NCBI GenBank assembly: GCA_013239625.1
Contig: MU053881.1
Coordinates: forward strand, 13,344,879 to 13,408,878
Direction: 5' to 3'
Origin: Lama guanicoe
Lineage: Eukaryota
DNA length: 64,000 bases
How positions within the stretch are numbered: the first letter of the stretch is position 1; every line of letters begins with the position of its first letter. This document shows, one piece after another, positions 28,070 to 40,443 of the stretch. A program made the translations under genes and the position numbers. The notes beneath the pieces were generated by a model that had not been told where the DNA came from, searched no databases, and saw only the letters and a program-made list of their open reading frames with translations.

Positions 28070-31000
28070 CTGTATAACCTGCAATCACTTGAGGCATCAT
28101 CTTTCTGTTCCCATTATGGCATTTTAGTTATTTAAGAATAATAATATAATAATCTTGGAAGGATATGGCATCCACTCAGGACTTTAAGTTTTTCAAAACG
28201 GCAGAGTCCATGACTATTAACAATGAGATTCTTATCTCAGAAACACTACAACACTTTCCAGTATTTTTTTTCAAATAAAGAATTTAGATTAAAGCTGCAA
28301 AAAAAAAATCATCTGCAGAAAAAAATATATTTTTTGATATTCCACTTTGGTTCTAGAATCAAGGTAGGAAATGGAAATTAAACAAAAAGGTCAAAAGTAA
28401 CTACACACACACACACACACACACACAAAACTGCAACATTTACTAATAATTTGACCTTTATAACTTGAGCATGGTCTCATTGGATACATTTTATCTTAGG
28501 AAATCCCTGGCACTGATCAGGGAGATGATTTATACACAACAGGAAAAGATGGGAGCAGAAAGTTTCTAAACATGCTAGAACATTCCTCTGGGCATCTCTG
28601 CTGGATTCATTAGACAAGCTGGTTTCCTGAGCTGACGATTTCTCAGCCAGCAAAGGTTAAAAGGTGTTCTCTGTTCATTTTAACAGTTCCTCTTGGGGTT
28701 TTGGTAACCACTTTTTCTCTAAAATTCAGCTGAATTATGGAATGTCTAAGTATTTCAGCGGAAATAGATTGCATTATGCCAAAGTCTGAACATCTGTTCC
28801 ATACCTTGCATTAAAAACACTGGATAAAACTGTAGCAAATTCGAAAGGAAGAATTCCAGAGTAGAATTTCATAAACTAATATGAAAAGCCATTATCTGGT
28901 AAGTGAAATAAAGCAGCAATCACAATAACAATAACAAATATTGGATAAGTCTAACCTTTTAAATTGTTTTTGGGTTTTGTCAGTAATTTAGAATCTTTTC
29001 ATTTTATTGAAAGTTAACTTGTCCTCTAAAGTTTGGAAATTCTGGCTTTTTAATAAGAACACGAAAATGTGTGTTTTAAGTTAGCTGAACGTGAATAAAA
29101 TGATTGCCTCTGATCTCAACATCACACAGGATGTAAGAACATAATAATAAAAGATCACATGAATATCAGATATAGTCTTGAGGTAGGACAAAGTCTAGTC
29201 TCCTAAAGTTTATCAAGTTGCACAACATTTCACAAAAGATAATCTGTTTGTTTCTTTCCCAGAGCACACCTATTATTCCACCTTTATTTATTTTGACATT
29301 AAAAAAAAACCAAAAAAAACCCCTCAAGATGCCAAGCCAATTCCGCAAGGAGTCAGTACCAATGTGCCAGTAGCTCGCATATCCAACCCAGTCTCCTTGC
29401 GTAGTTGGAGATGCTCTTATCTTAAAGCTGAGATCTCTTGCAACAGTTGGGCTAAAGGAAGTCTAAAAGGTCTCACACAAGCATTAAACAAATCTAAAAT
29501 TGGGAAAATTAAGAATTAAGGCATAGGTTGTTAAATATTATGTTAGTGCTAAAACACCTTGAGAGAAAAATCCTGGCTGCATTCCAGTAACAAATATTCA
29601 TCTAACTGATAGCTTCAGTGAAGTAGAAGCTAAAACAAACAAAACTCCCCCAAATTCTGTGACACTTACAGGAAAAAGAAGAAAATCTTAACTAAATATC
29701 TGTTAAGGGTACAACAGGAATAAATAAAGCCGATTCACTACCTACAATCCTATCCACTTATTCATGTCTCCTCTCAGCCATCTGCGCTTGTCACGTGATG
29801 GGTACACACATGTACTTTTTCAGAGCAAAGAGAGGTGTGGCCTGTGTATATGGTGGGGCAGAAGGGAAGGGAGAGATGTTGCTGGAAGGGCATCACTTCT
29901 CCTTAAAAACCTGAAAACTTTGTTCAGAATGAGGTTTTGGGTCTATGTTTATGGATTGCTCTTACCGCCCTGCTCCCCGCCCCCCAGAGTGCAGGGGAAG
30001 CCAGTATGACGGTGGCTGAAACTTTACCCAGATAGGTACCATTCAGGGAGAGCCTCTTTGAATTTTGGAGGAAGCTGGAGAAAATCCAGGCTTCTTTACT
30101 TTATTAAAATCACAGTCAATAAGGAGAAACCTCGAGGAAATGGATTTTCTCAGCAAGTGTTCTGCTTGGTCTTGATTTAAAATGAAAAGAGGAATCTTGA
30201 TTAATCAGGGAACACCTGAGCCTCCCCATCCTCGTAACTCACATCCCTTTCCTTTACCACTTCCTCTATGTTGGTCTCCTTCGCCTTCTCGCTTTTTTTC
30301 TTTATGCTTTCTCCTTATTTTCAAGGCCCTCTTTTGTTCTCCTGTCTTCTCTCATCTTTTCTTTCTTATTTTGCCCTTTTTCCCCCTGGATTTTATGTTC
30401 TCCTCTCCCTCAACCACTTTGTTGTTCTATAGCGACCACGCTTTAAGCAAGAACCTTTCAAAAACATTTTCTGCCCCTGGTTGCCAGAAAGAACCAGCCC
30501 TCTACATCTTGTCCTCAAAAAAAGGAGATATTAAATGAGAATGAATGCACCACTCGCTGACAACGTTGCTGTGTATTTTCTGGCTACTGACTATCTCAAT
30601 TCAAGTCTATTTAAAGGTTTCTTCATTAGCTTTGTACTTAAAATATGAACTAGCCAACATGTTTTTCTCTTTATATCCCTGAATAGAGTATATTCTTAGA
30701 ATTCCACTCATTCTGTCCTTTTTAGCTCTTTCATCTCAATTAAAAGAAGTCCCTTCCAGGATATTTCTCTGTATGTTACCCGCTTCTTTCCACTTTCTCA
30801 GGATTGCTCTTGAACTTGAAAAGGTAGCCTTTTTAAACAGTGTTATAATAGCTATAAAAGGATTTCTATCATCTGGATGAACCATGTTATATATTTTGTT
30901 TCTTAGTTATTAGATCCAGGGTATGTATCGCCCAAGAGTAAATGCTGTACCTTTGGACACAGTAACTGTTTCTCAAAAACGGATCATGATGAATTTGCAC

Positions 31001-32381
31001 ACACGACAGCTTCTTACATTAGTTTCAAGTCTCAGCTTATCACATTTCTATATTTCCTGAGGACATCCAGAACAAAATTTCCCTGCCTTCTGCACAGTGT
31101 TATTTTTATAAAACCAGACTTTTATTATAATAAAGGAGAGAGTGGGCTCCTTTCTCTTGCAAGAGATTATCCCAGCTGCAATCACAAATCTACTAAGAAG
31201 TTTTTACCCCCTTACAAGCTAATGATAATTTTTCAAGTATTTCCTCTATGCAGTTTTTACATCTGAAAGCAAATGGATTATGTTTTAAAAAAATCCAGCT
31301 TTATGATGGAGAGCTATTAGAATGCATGTCATACTTGAACTTGACTTACCAGCAATCTATGGTAAAGAAATGAAATTAAATAATTCTGCAGAAATATGCG
31401 TATATTAATAAATATATATAATTAAATATATAATATATGCACACCTATATATTAGATAATTTCAACTTACAGCATCCAAAAATCATGATGTTAACATTTT
31501 TGTCTAATTCTGTAGCAGATTCTGTTTTATAAAACATTTTAAAACCGTGTTTAATATATCAAGTTTTCTAAAGAGAGATAAGCATTCCCAAAATGAACTT
31601 GAACGTGTTAATGACTCTGGAGATATTTGTAATAAACACATGTCGTTATATCCCTTAATACTGAAAAAGCACTGCAAGAAACATCAAAAATTAAGTTAGC
31701 TCGTATTAAAGCTTATTCATAAATCTCAAGTCCATCAGATTTAATTGCAGTGTGTTCCAGGATGATATATAAAAGAGACATAGAGGAAAATATTTGAGCT
31801 ACTTTTTAATTTGTTTTAATGTCTATCATAACCTCAAAATTACTGTTTCCAGGAACCATAAATATCAGAAAAATCATCTTTAGCAAAGATTAAAGCACAT
31901 TCATTCTCTTTAATTTTCCCGAGCCCTTGACTTCTCTATTACTGTAGCATATTATATCCATTTCAATTAAAAAGAATATATCTTGTCTGTCTTTAGACAA
32001 CTACTATTTCTGTTCTTTAACTACATGTCTGTTTTTGTTATTTTGAGGAGATTAAGTAGATAATAGATTCCACCAAAATTGCAGCCTGAAATAATGTAGT
32101 TGTTTCTGTTAATAAATCTACCATCCTCTCCAGTCTTGAAAATTAGCTTTTCAACCCATTCTTAGTCTGCATTATACATCTTCAGGGTCTGTGGCTCTCC
32201 AAGACCTAGGTGTGCTTGTGAGAATAGGTGAAACGCTTCCTGCTTACACTGTATTTGATTAAAGAGTTAACATACACATTTATTAACGAGTCATTATATA
32301 TAATTAAGTGTAAATGAGCAGTCACGGGCTTATTACTTGCACTCCAAATGACAATACATCCACTCAACTGATTATTAAAGA

Positions 32382-32383
<2 letters not shown>

Positions 32384-32417
<34 letters not shown>
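32384..32417. repeat. (GT)n microsatellite
   Basis: About 17 uninterrupted GT units. Confidence 0.95.
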
Positions 32418-32420
<3 letters not shown>

Positions 32421-32822
32421 ATTGTTTATCAAACTGAAAAACTATGCACAGAGCTTGGAGAGGATGCTCATATTCACATATTAAAGTGTTAAATGGGACT
32501 TCCTAAACTAGAATGAAGACAAGGTTTCCTAATGTGTTACAAAATTCTGCTGATCCTCTAAGGATTGATATCATGGAGCAGGAAGAAGAGTAGAGAAATC
32601 AGACGCATGCTGTCAGTACTTTGAAAAGTCTTGCTTTTTATTTATTATTTTTTTTAAAGCTTTGCTTTTTGAAAGTTATTATCACTCTCCTGACTTTCTT
32701 CTTCTCGTACAGTCCTCCCCTACCTGCAGTCTTTGTCATTTATTTCAAATGTTCTGAACCAAGGACAATTTTCCTGAAATCACTTCAGATGTCTAAATGT
32801 GCACAGACCTTATATGAATACA

Positions 32823-32854
<32 letters not shown>

Positions 32855-34138
32855 GCACTCCATTTGCGACCAGTGCGTTTTGTTCCTTAAGATTTTTTTC
32901 AAAGAACTTAGTAAAGGGAAACTAGGTAGAATAGAAACCTGAAGGAATTTGTATAGCGTGTCCTAGAATGAATGTTTGAGATTGATAAGAAAGGACACCT
33001 GGTAAGACCTTTGACATCTTTGAGTTGTGTCTTTGACAAAGGAGTTTCCCTTGAACCTCTGAGACACTGATGGCAGTTGGCAGCCTCAAAACAGACACTT
33101 GATCCCTATCTGTGTGATTACACTACCCGAAGTATTAAAAAAAAAAAAAGACTCTTAATCCATGTTACCATTCAGTTTTAAGATCAAACACTGGATTCTT
33201 AAACTTCTCATTCCTTGCAGATCTTTGCTGTCTAGATGAAGAAGAGATGCATTTCTCAACATTGCCGTTGACTTGTAATTTTGACATTGCTATTAAATGG
33301 TTTCAACCAATGCAGCATAAGTTACAGTTGGGAGTCACAGGTTCCAACCTTGGTTTCCTATGTGTCTTTGAGCAATAATTTCCTTCCTTGCTTCACTTGC
33401 TTTCCTCTCAGATCAATACTTTGTTTTGGCTTCATTAGTCTTTGTTTAACTAAATAAGATAGGTTTATTCAAGGGTTATTTAAATAAGTGTGTAATGCCT
33501 TACAGTATTTCCTTTTATTGTTATAAATATCATATTAAGTGCTATATTCTTCCTAAGTAGAAATTCATTAGCCAAACCAATTCATTGCTATATAAAGAAA
33601 AATACATACTACAGAAAATGAGGACTTAAGTGGGCAAACAGACAAAACTACTATCATCTATCGCATTCACCTTTTATCCCAGAGGTAACCCCAGAGTAAT
33701 CTAACACAAAATAGTGGATTGAAAGGTACTATTCCAAAATAAATGTGTAGAGCAATAGATTCAGATATTCCACTTGAATTCAGTGCAGACATAGCAAAGC
33801 TGAATGAAGTGGAGATGCAATCTTTGGGCCGGAAGGGAGAACATTACCCTCCTTTTCCCCTTGTAAAATCAAATCATTACATGAGGAAAGATTATGACTG
33901 TCAAGTAGATGTAACTTTTCTTTCATGTCAGTATGAGAAGTTTGAAATCCGCCTTTTACTACGTATGGGTGTGTGCATGGAACTACCATGGTAAATTGAA
34001 TTAACAATGAGCAGTCTTTTAAAAACAGGATGAGTCATTACACTGCATGCTGCCATTCCTATTACTTTACCATATAGAGGGAAGCAGTGCTTCAACAGTA
34101 AGGATGCTGTTCCCTTAAATAAAAACATAATAATGCTA

Positions 34139-34294
<156 letters not shown>

Positions 34295-37200
34295 TTAATA
34301 AAGCAATATCTAAATTATACATTTCTCCTAAAACCTTTTTCCAAATACAGCCATCCTCAGATTTTCCTATTTCCTTTCTATTGAGTCTTCATTTGAAAAT
34401 TTCTTCTGGCAAAGTTAAAAAAAGGTCATATTTTAATTCTTAACCATTTTTTTTCCTATTTGCTCTCATAGATGACATGCATTTTATTCTAATATTTCAA
34501 ACTATGGAAGGAAAATTACAGGAGATGAGTTGTCTCTTTATATTTATAATTCTCAGCATGCACACAGTGTTGTAATGCAGGTCTTCTCTGGGCGAGCAAG
34601 ATCATCAACGCACACTAGTGAAAAAATAAATAAACCTGGGAAACTTCTTCCCAGATTAAAAAAAAATGTATTTCTGAGGTACCAAAATAATTAATAGCTT
34701 TGTTTTAATTCACCATGTAGCGTAATCCTAAGATTTCTCCTACCAACATCCCTTCTTTTATTCGCTTCATATATATCTATGTTTTGTGTTTTGGGTGTTT
34801 TCTTAAGATATTTAGGTGAGAAAAATAGATAAAACTGATTCCTTAGGATAATTATGTGTTCACATCAGTGTGTAATTTCCATTCCTTTTAAGGTTTCTGA
34901 ACCAATAATTGTCTATTCAAACCTCTAATTAATTGAATTTTTGTCATTTCTGGTCTTAGAAGTAAAGGATACCTTGAAAAAGATATGATCCAACAGTCTT
35001 AATTTATGGTTTATTAAACTGAAATGCAGGGTTAGTGTTTTAAGAAAACACAGCCATTTGTCAGCAGAGTTTGAACTAGAATCCAATTTTATTTAACTTT
35101 TAGCCTAAAACTTTATTCCATTCTTTCATATCAGTGTAATTGTCCCTATTTAAGTCTTTCTAAGTGAAGGTCTAGTTTTTAATTCCTCACCATTACTAGC
35201 CTTTGATTTCCAACCACATAGTGACCACAATGGTTCAAATATTATATAATTCTCACATCAATCACATTATTACCTATGCTCTTTAAAGTCATATTTTATG
35301 TAATGGTTAGGATGACACCTCCAAAATCCTTTCAGAGAAGAGTTTTCTATCTTCTGATGGATCACACTTACTGATATATTTCAATGACAGCTCTGACCTT
35401 GAGCAAAAGAAAAAAAACAAATACACAGTATAAACTAAGAAACTGCCTAAAAATGTCACTTTCCTGCCTCCTGTTTAATATGCTTTTGGATTCTCTCTTG
35501 TGTATTTATACTGCTGATCAATCTAAGAAGAATAGTAACATTTGAAATCAAGATTAATTTATTTGACCAAAGCAAGAAATACAATCAAAGTATCAATTCA
35601 AAAACAAACACTATTGTTTAAGTAATTAATTTTATATTGGCAAAATACAGTGGCCATTTTTCTGATAAAACTTTAATTTAATAAGGTATTCTAACAAAAA
35701 GCTCTTCATGAGATGAAATACATGAACTGTCTATGAAACAATTTTACATTCTCCCGAGTTCAGCATTAATACCATGCAGATTGAGGGTTTACTCTCCTTT
35801 GGCAAAATTAAACATCTTAACTAATTTTTGAAATCAAGTTTTCAACGAGCTCTGTGTCTTCCAGGGCATCTCATTACATGACAGCAGTAAAGCAAAAATA
35901 GTTTTCTGAATGCAATTATTTATAAAAGCTCATTGTCGCAAAATCAGCTGCCATGTCTGCATCTTTCAAGGATACTGGAAGGTCATCTTGATAAAGGTGG
36001 AAAAGAAATGCTAGCACACCTGGGGCTGTGAAGAGGGCCTGACCAAGTACTCTAAAGAAAGCAACAAAATAGGAAGAGGGAAAAAGATGAGATGGGGTGA
36101 CATGACAAAAGACAATTAGATGGTTAATATGATTCCTAGAATATGGGGTGGTCTGTTACCTTTACCTGCATCCCCTTTGTTATTACAGCTTACGTCAAAT
36201 GCAGGAAATTCTCCCTCCTTTTTAAAAAAAAAATGTTGTTTTCACCAATTATTTGCATTGGAATTCAAAATTCTAGGAGACTTTTCTCTCCCCCCCCCCC
36301 AGAAAACCAGTTCTGCTATGCCAATTGGAATGGTAATCTTTCTGTTATGTGATTTTCTAATCAGGTTATGCGTCTTCTTTAGTTCTAATTTACCGTGGCC
36401 AATTGTAATTGTCAGAGAATAACCCTAGGATAAAGATCAAGATTATTTATTTGCTATTAAACACTTGTGCCAATGTAATGTTTCCTAAAGTGAATGTATA
36501 ATTTGTAGAGGAATGTCAGTTACAGTACCTGATTTTGACTCCAGAGGAGCCACTATGTAATAAAACACTGTGCACTGACTCCATCTACAGGTCATTACAA
36601 TAGTAACACTTCATACAGTTTTTTCAAAGCAGTGAAGAACATTTAACTCCTCAGATTAAGAGTATCTGGCAATAATGCATTTCCCGTTCATCTGGCAGTC
36701 TTGATTTGCCATATACAATAGCAAAAATGAAAACAGACAACGTCTCAATTTAAAAAATCCTCCTAAATCCTTATCTTTCCACATTATTCCACCCTTAATT
36801 CATAAGGGTTCACTTTTCATTGCATTATGAAGACTCTTAGAAGCTTTTTATAATATGTCTAAGGCACACTTTTGGCCCACAGGAGAGACTACACAAAAAC
36901 ATAGAAGTAGATAAAGAGGAATCTGAACTATTTAGTCATTTATATGGTTGCTACTATTATATGTTTATATGCTTGACTGGATCATTAGCAAATATTTTGA
37001 ATATGGTTAATCATATTATTAAATTTTTCTCATAATTCATCTCTGCAGGACTTACACTTTAATAGAGAAGTTCAGGTATCTAATGCACTTAAATACGGGT
37101 CTTGTAGATTCTACTTTTATTGTTTATATAAATAACAGTTTCAAAACATACTGCACATGCATGTATAGAAACTTTTAACTTTTAAATTACAGATATTACT

Positions 37201-37629
37201 TTAAACTTCCCACTTCCACAGAGTCACAAGTTACTCTATGGTCTTTACCAACTGGCTAGAAATTGTCTTACTGGAAAATCACTTCACATCGTATGCAGAC
37301 ATGAATTGGGGTCACTTTTTCTATGAATCAGGAGACCGCGTGTTTTATTCCGTTAACAACTGAACAGTGAAAAAGTTCAATTTAAGAATTAAATGTTGAA
37401 TTAGTACATTCTCTAACAAAAGCATGTTAAGTGCATTCTAACCAACACGCAAATAAGATGATTATTTTTTCATCCTGCTCTTTTTTATTCTTAGCTGGAA
37501 TTTTCTGGCAGTTAAGTTTTTTGAATTCCCTTAGTCATGAATTCGTCCAAGGACAATTTTCTTCCCCCTGAAAGAATAAGTGAAAAGTTACAGAAATTCT
37601 CATGCAGCTTTAAAATAAAGGGTCCTCAC

Positions 37630-37703
37630 CTTCTTCCAGTCAGTGTGCTCAGGAGGAGGGTCCAGGCCCAGAGGTAGTCAGAGAGACCCGGGCTTGTCCT
37701 CAT
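37630..37703 (-). CDS. GABRA1: GABRA1 first coding exon (exon 2), signal peptide [24 protein letters not shown](S)
   Basis: ATG at 37703 in gcccgcgATGa context, 74 coding nt, donor |gtgagg. The exon starts at 37718 after ccacttttcag|, giving 15 nt of 5' UTR. Confidence 0.97.
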
Positions 37704-39819
37704 CGCGGGCTCGTGCAGCTGAAAAGTGGAACAAGTAGAGATCAATGTCTCTTGTGAGAAACATCAGGTTATAACCACTAGGGCTGACGGAGGCCGTGCA
37801 GATGAATGCTTTGAAGTCAGGCTATGACCTCACTGGAATATGACACCTCATTGGAAGCAATGGAAACCTGGACCATCCATTCTCCACTTTCCCTTCCATT
37901 TCTCCATTCAGAAATATATCAGTGTCTTAATTTCTCCTGTAAAAGAACACAAGTTGAAATGCTCTCAGGTGACAATATTGCTCAACCTCAAAACTGTGAG
38001 TTGGTTTTTTTTTCTCTAGGTTTTATATTTCCAGTATAGTTTGAATTGCTCTCTTCTTGTTGCTTGTCATCTGAAAATGTAGACCTTCCTGATTTGAGCT
38101 CCCACAACTAAACTGTGCATTGAAAATTTGAAGCTGGTGTCTACAACAGAGCATGCTTGGGGACCGTGACGGGGTAGGTTAATATGCTTTGATGACTGAA
38201 TTCATCTTTGAATTCCAGATGCACCTTGATTTCAGAAGCAACTGCCATTTATCTTTAAAAAAAAAATAGGAAACACACTGTTGAATGCTGAAGTCGTGCT
38301 TGCATTCTCTGCCTGTGATTGCCTTGTTAAATATGCTCACTAATGCTTCTGTGAAGCTAAAGGACACGCTTTATAGTCAAGCCATGTGCTGATCTCACAC
38401 ACAAACCACATTCATATAAATGCACACAAACATGCCCACACATATCTTTTAAGCCCTCTCAAATTCTGCCAGGTTGCTGCTAGAAAATGTTTCATCTCAA
38501 ACAGATGAAAGCTGGAGGGCTTTGCTTTGCATGAATAAGGGAATCTCTTTTCCCTCTTAGGTAAAGTGCAATCAATCACCGTCTGATTGTTGAATTTGAC
38601 TTGGTAGTGGGATGCCGGAGGAATTGGAGGAGTATGGCAAGCTTAGAGAGTGTTTAAAATTATAATCTATGTGTGGAGTCAGTTTTTAAAAATCAGTGCA
38701 CTCCCTGGTTAAGGAGCAGCTATGGTAACACCTTCTTTTAATGTGCTATAATTGATTCCAGTCATAATATGAGAAATGTTCAGGGTAAAATGTGTTAGCA
38801 CTTCCTTGAATCTGTACTCCTTAGACCGGTCAGTGATAAATGGATTGCAAGTCTTTTAAAGCGTATTTTTCATTAAGCACTCCATTGTTTGATATGCCTT
38901 TAAAAACATCTACACAGATGCTTTCTACACTCTCCAGGATCATTTACATCAGTAAAAAAAACCATTCCAAACAGGTATGTAAGCAATGAAACATAATATA
39001 TTTAGAGTGAAATGGTCTAGATCTAGAGATAAAAACTGTGAGCTTCATAGTTTTTCCTTAATTTAGTGACTGCTTTTGACACAGATGAGTTGAATACGAC
39101 AAGAAATATTGGATAAATATCCTTATGTTGAAATACTGCTTCTAAATTGCATAATGATCATTCACCCTGTTAACGATCTTCAACATCTTTTATGAAGGAA
39201 GACAACTTCTCATACCTTATGAACATTTGTCAGTCTTTATTTTAAAAAAGGGTAATCCCTGAAGGGGTAAATGAAACAAAACCAAACCCCAAAGCAAGCT
39301 TTTTGTCCTCCTCTGACATTTTTTAAAAAGAGGAAAACAAACCCATCATGGCACTTGAGTTGTTGAGTAAGAAAGTTTCTTGCAAATACAAACATAATAG
39401 TTTAAAAGAAACGCTAAGCTGCCTCCTTACCCCTTTCCACCTTCAACCTCCCCCCCACCAAACACACACTCCAAACACCCATGTCCCATGCCACCCACAT
39501 CAAATGCTAACTTGAGTTTTTCGCGTTCAGAATGCGAGAGACCCCCTTCGCCAGAGGGCATTTCAGCAGCGTCCACTGGAAAGGAGAAAAGAGGCATTTT
39601 TGCAGCCAGAAGGAGGAAGTGCCTTCCCTGGGATGGAGTATTGAGACAGGTTTTCTATCCCAGCGTCTTAACTTTAGGCGATGCCCCCCAGCGCCCCTCC
39701 CCACCTCATCCAGCTCTCTCTTGCAAAAAAGAAAAAGACCAAAACAACATGTCACCACCCAGCCCGCGGAATACATTCAGATCTGCCTGAGAAAGGGGGA
39801 AAGAGAAGAAGAAAGAGAA

Positions 39820-39832
39820 AATAATAATAATG

Positions 39833-39874
<42 letters not shown>
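39820..39874. repeat. (AAT)n microsatellite in intron 1
   Basis: aataataat... with one gatt interruption. Confidence 0.95.
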
Positions 39875-39877
<3 letters not shown>

Positions 39878-40052
39878 CCTAGATCGCTGCGGTTTTCACC
39901 CTGAATGAAAAACGTTCGTTGCTCCTACCTGCTACCGGATCAGGCTCTGGTCCTGTCCCCTCTTTCTCTTTTTTCCTGTAGCATTCCTGCCTCTCCAGCT
40001 AGGGAAAGGCACGTTCAAAGCTGTGAATGTTGCGGTCCGAAGCCGCACTTAC

Positions 40053-40283
40053 CTCGGGCCCCTTCTGGGCGCAGGATCGCTCAAGACCCGGGAAAAGTCT
40101 GCGAGGGAAGCTCGCGGAGAGCTCGGAGCCAGCGCGAGTCCGCGCGTCCGGGCGCGCCGGCCGGCAGCCGAGGGGCGTCCTCGCTCCGCCCGGCGCTCAC
40201 TCGGTCTGAGCCATCATGGACCCTGCGTGCTCCTCTGCTGAAGATTTCACACCCAAATTTGCTTCCCAATATCCAATCTGCAG
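40053..40283 (-). other. GABRA1: GABRA1 non-coding 5' UTR exon (5' boundary uncertain)
   Basis: Strong donor CCGAG|gtaagt at 40053/40052, 2.3 kb upstream of the ATG exon. The sequence resembles my recollection of the human GABRA1 5' UTR. Possible acceptors (tatag|, ctgcag|) at 40283 and 40277. Confidence 0.8.
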
Positions 40284-40339
40284 CTATACAACAAAAGATT
40301 TCTCTTTACCAAGACAGTAGTAATACGTCCCAGGGCAAA

Positions 40340-40443
40340 CCGGATGTGAAATAGGCGGTGACTTCATGCCAGAGAGATTTTATTTTAGAAAGGAAGGTGG
40401 TACCAGCCTCTGGAGCTGGAGACCAATCCGCCCATTTTTTATA
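40340..40443 (-). promoter_or_regulatory. Core/proximal promoter motifs: TATA box, GC box/CCAAT, CRE-like, ETS
   Basis: Minus-strand TATAAAAA (40443-40436), GGGCGG (40433-40428) and ATTGG (40427-40423). Plus-strand TGACTTCA (40359-40366, 7/8 match to CRE) and CCGGATGT (40340-40347). Confidence 0.6.
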
